Part shown: positions 61,977 through 64,000 of the stretch, piece after piece
Layout: every line of letters begins with the position of its first letter
How positions within the stretch are numbered: the stretch's first letter is position 1
NCBI GenBank assembly: GCA_963667175.2
Contig: CAXXXF010000014.1
Span: 256,001 to 320,000 of the forward strand
From: Candidatus Latescibacterota bacterium
GTDB lineage: Bacteria > Latescibacterota > UBA2968 > GCA-2709665
Direction of reading: 5' to 3'
DNA length: 64,000 nt
Notes under the pieces: generated by a model
Database searches by the model: none
Told to the model about the DNA's origin: nothing
Seen by the model: only the letters and a program-made list of their open reading frames with translations
Translations under genes and position numbers: made by a program

Positions 61977-62121
61977 CCTTCGACAAGCTCAGGGACCTCA
62001 GGATCACGGACCGGCTCGGCTTCTTCGACTCCCCCACAAGGGGGAGTGATGCAGAGGTGTTAACGCTTGTTCATCGTGCGACAGATGAGATCGATGCGGG
62101 CAGACAGGAATGTCTGCCCCA
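61977..62121. repeat. Cluster of REP-like palindromes including an orphan DUF559-module end
   Basis: CCTTCGACAAGCTCAGGG (61977-61994), CGACTCCCCCACAAGGGGGAGTGAT (62026-62050) and GGGCAGACAGGAATGTCTGCCC (62098-62119). Confidence 0.7.
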
Positions 62122-62264
62122 CCATCAATCCGCTTCCGTCAGTATCGCAGTACATTCGCACTTGTGACGGACGTATCTCCTGGATACGAACGTGGTCTCG
62201 GAGCTGACGAAGGAGAATCCGGTCCGGGCCTTCATAGACGATCTGAACGCCCAGGAGGGTTCGT

Positions 62265-62498
62265 ATGAGGTGGCAAGAGTACATTTCATCAGACCCCACG
62301 ATATGCCACGGCAAGGCATGCATTACAGGCACGCGGGTTATGGCGACGGTCATTCTGGATAGTCTGGCAGAAGGGTTGCGTGTTGAGGAGATCGTCGAGA
62401 ACTACCCGTCCGTATCGCGCGAGGCGGTGCAGGCGACCCTGCTCTACGCTGCCGAGTTTGCTAAGGAACGGATAGCGCCATTGAAGGGAGTCCAATGA
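62265..62498 (+). CDS. DUF433 antitoxin-like protein, copy 2
   Basis: Near-identical to 61002-61229 and preceded by the same vapC-like upstream segment (offset 1263). Confidence 0.85.
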   Translation: MRWQEYISSDPTICHGKACITGTRVMATVILDSLAEGLRVEEIVENYPSVSREAVQATLLYAAEFAKERIAPLKGVQ

Positions 62499-62569
62499 AT
62501 CCCGGTGATAGACTGCGACGGAGAGACGTGAGCGGTCGTCCCAATATGCCATCTCGAAATGAGCGAGAA

Positions 62570-62782
62570 ATGCACAAGTACGAAATTATCATCTATTGGA
62601 GCAATGAAGACGGAGCCTTTGTGGCGGAGGCGCCCGAACTTCCCGGGTGCACGGCCCACGGTCATACCCAGGAGGCGGCGTTGCAGAACATCAATCAGGC
62701 CGTGGACCTGTGGCTGGAAACGGCCCGGGAGTTTGGAGACCCGATCCCGGAACCCAGGGGCGAACGCTTGATGTTGGCATAG
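62570..62782 (+). CDS. HicB-like antitoxin (no hicA seen)
   Basis: YEIIIYWSNEDGAFVAEAPELPGCTAHGHTQEAAL..GDPIPEP. Confidence 0.88.
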   Translation: MHKYEIIIYWSNEDGAFVAEAPELPGCTAHGHTQEAALQNINQAVDLWLETAREFGDPIPEPRGERLMLA

Positions 62783-62789
62783 GTAAATC

Positions 62790-62837
62790 AGGACCAACCT
62801 TACAGAAGTGGACGTAGCGCAGGCGGCCCTTGACTGG
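62790..62837 (+). repeat. hsdR 5' head fragment, copy 2 (start codon degenerate)
   Basis: AGG ACC AAC CTT ACA GAA GTG GAC GTA GCG CAG GCG GCC CTT GAC TGG = (R)TNLTEVDVAQAALDW. Confidence 0.65.
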
Positions 62838-62870
62838 CAGGTGGCCTATTGACTGATCTGGTAAGGATAC

Positions 62871-62899
62871 TTGACAAGATGGATAAGTGGGCATATCTT
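62871..62899 (+). promoter_or_regulatory. Sigma70-type promoter
   Basis: TTGACA-17 bp-TATCTT; ATACTTGACAAGA (62867-62879) is identical to 5531-5543. Confidence 0.55.
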
Positions 62900-62955
62900 T
62901 TCCAGCAAGATAGCTCACAAGAGTAAACTCGAAAATCTTCTGAAGAGAGCATTCC

Positions 62956-63447
62956 ATGGGCTCCTCTATCCCGCATGTAATGCCTGCCGCAGATTTGTCG
63001 CCCGTAACAGAACAGCCAGTAAAGAAATGCGTGAATGTAATCTCGCAGCCCTCTATTGTGGAACAATTCCGGCACGGGCTCGAAGAGACGAATGAGCACG
63101 TTTTGCAGGTCATGGCTGACTGGTACGGGTTTTTGCAAATGCTTGAGCAGAATCCGCAGAACTACAGGGAAATGTGTCGAGACGGTGACGTGGAGTCAGT
63201 AATCACTGGCCTGGAGGAGTCTGGAAAGAGTCTGCCCAGAGAAACCTGGACTGCCATCGGAAAAGTACTCAGGGAATGCGACGCCGACACGTACGAGAAA
63301 TTCGAGGAAGTGGATGAAAACGTACGGGCATGTGGCGCACTCCTTCGAGAAGTGAGTTGGACGCTGTCACTATTGCACCTGGAAAAAACGCCAAGCACTG
63401 GCCCTACCTATCCAATAGGTGAAGTCATTGAAAGCCTGCGGCGTTAG
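62956..63447 (+). CDS. Hypothetical acidic helical protein, probable antitoxin partner
   Basis: 163-aa ORF directly upstream of the RelE-like gene; C-terminal GPTYPIGEVIESL resembles antitoxin tails. Confidence 0.5.
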   Translation: MGSSIPHVMPAADLSPVTEQPVKKCVNVISQPSIVEQFRHGLEETNEHVLQVMADWYGFLQMLEQNPQNYREMCRDGDVESVITGLEESGKSLPRETWTAIGKVLRECDADTYEKFEEVDENVRACGALLREVSWTLSLLHLEKTPSTGPTYPIGEVIESLRR

Positions 63448-63449
63448 AT

Positions 63450-63752
63450 GTGGATAGATCATTCTTTCCGCCCGTAAAGAGAATAGTATTTCAAGATGAT
63501 AGCGTCGTAAAAGTCGTAAGCAGATTGCCAGGACCAGTAAAGAAACGGCTTCGAGAATTCCTGAGTGATCTTGAAAACGGGCAGTTGTCAAAAAGAGGAA
63601 AGAACATTTCGCAAACATCTGGCGTCAAAAAGTACCGATTGAACGATCAATTTCGCATCGCATTTGTTTTGCAGGGAGATACGGCGAGAATATTACGCAT
63701 TGGGGACCATGACGAAATGGATCGATTGTTGGAAGTCCTCAGGCGCCTCTGA
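63450..63752 (+). CDS. RelE/ParE-superfamily toxin-like protein
   Basis: Basic 100-aa protein: IVFQDDSVVKVVSRLP..KKYRLNDQFRIAF..ILRIGDHDE. Confidence 0.65.
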   Translation: MDRSFFPPVKRIVFQDDSVVKVVSRLPGPVKKRLREFLSDLENGQLSKRGKNISQTSGVKKYRLNDQFRIAFVLQGDTARILRIGDHDEMDRLLEVLRRL

Positions 63753-64000
63753 AAAAACGCCACCCTCTTTTCCCTTCCCGCCTTTCAGCCTCCTGACAGC
63801 CCGTCGGAAAAGTCCATCCGGACTGCTAAACCACGATCGATTCGACCCCTCGCTGTTGCCCGTCTTGACAGCCGACGGATTTCGTGCAAACAACGCCCGA
63901 GCGACCTCTTCGGTGGTCGCGTCGATGCTCACGTCTTCCTCCATCTCTCCCCCTTTTTCGCGTGGCGCATAGAGCTTACGACCTTTTGCGCTACGACCGT
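63693..64000 (-). other. Probable 3' region of an IS1595-type element extending beyond the window
   Basis: MEEDVSIDATTEEVARALF resembles MEVEVSIDTTQKLAREVV in the 5484-6191 element; same convergent layout relative to the passenger genes. Confidence 0.4.

Noticed and set aside
56700-63752. Classical integron cassette array
   Set aside because: No IntI gene and no recognisable attC sites between the genes; the delimiters are gene-end duplications instead.

Overview
A GC-rich bacterial window. Gene order and content (lysS, prfB, lolA, ftsK, lamin-tail and vWA proteins, tsaD, a DGGGP-synthase-like gene) suggest an FCB-type diderm such as Latescibacterota or Gemmatimonadota; this is inference only. 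(1) 1-16.8 kb holds catabolic genes (amidohydrolase, aldo/keto reductase, heparinase II/III-like lyase, sugar isomerase, Gfo/Idh/MocA oxidoreductase, two UxuA-like dehydratases, SolA-like oxidase, DMFase-beta-like protein), interrupted by IS1595-derived passenger cassettes at 5.5-6.2 kb and 7.3-10 kb. (2) 16.8-20.5 kb holds an unclassified IS-like element abutting a complete group II intron, followed by an aapJQMP amino-acid ABC operon. (3) 25.3-49.5 kb is core genome (fabZ, skp, bamA, clpC, lolD, lysS, frameshifted prfB, lolA, ftsK, tsaD, XPB-like helicase, UbiA/DGGGPS, ligA, tRNA-Ala). (4) 49.7-64 kb is a type I R-M locus expanded into a defence/toxin-antitoxin cassette array. The cassettes are delimited by repeated copies of the hsdM 3' tail (three) and the hsdR 5' head (two). 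HsdS is fused to a nucleotidyltransferase antitoxin domain and carries an in-frame 465-bp DUF559 nuclease module with perfect 26-bp inverted repeats, and a TIR plus membrane-protein pair lies downstream. A family of 24-34 bp CTG...CAG palindromic micro-elements with 2-bp duplications inserts in nested fashion, including in frame inside a gene. No CRISPR array or rRNA was seen. Family assignments come from motif recognition by eye, not database searches.
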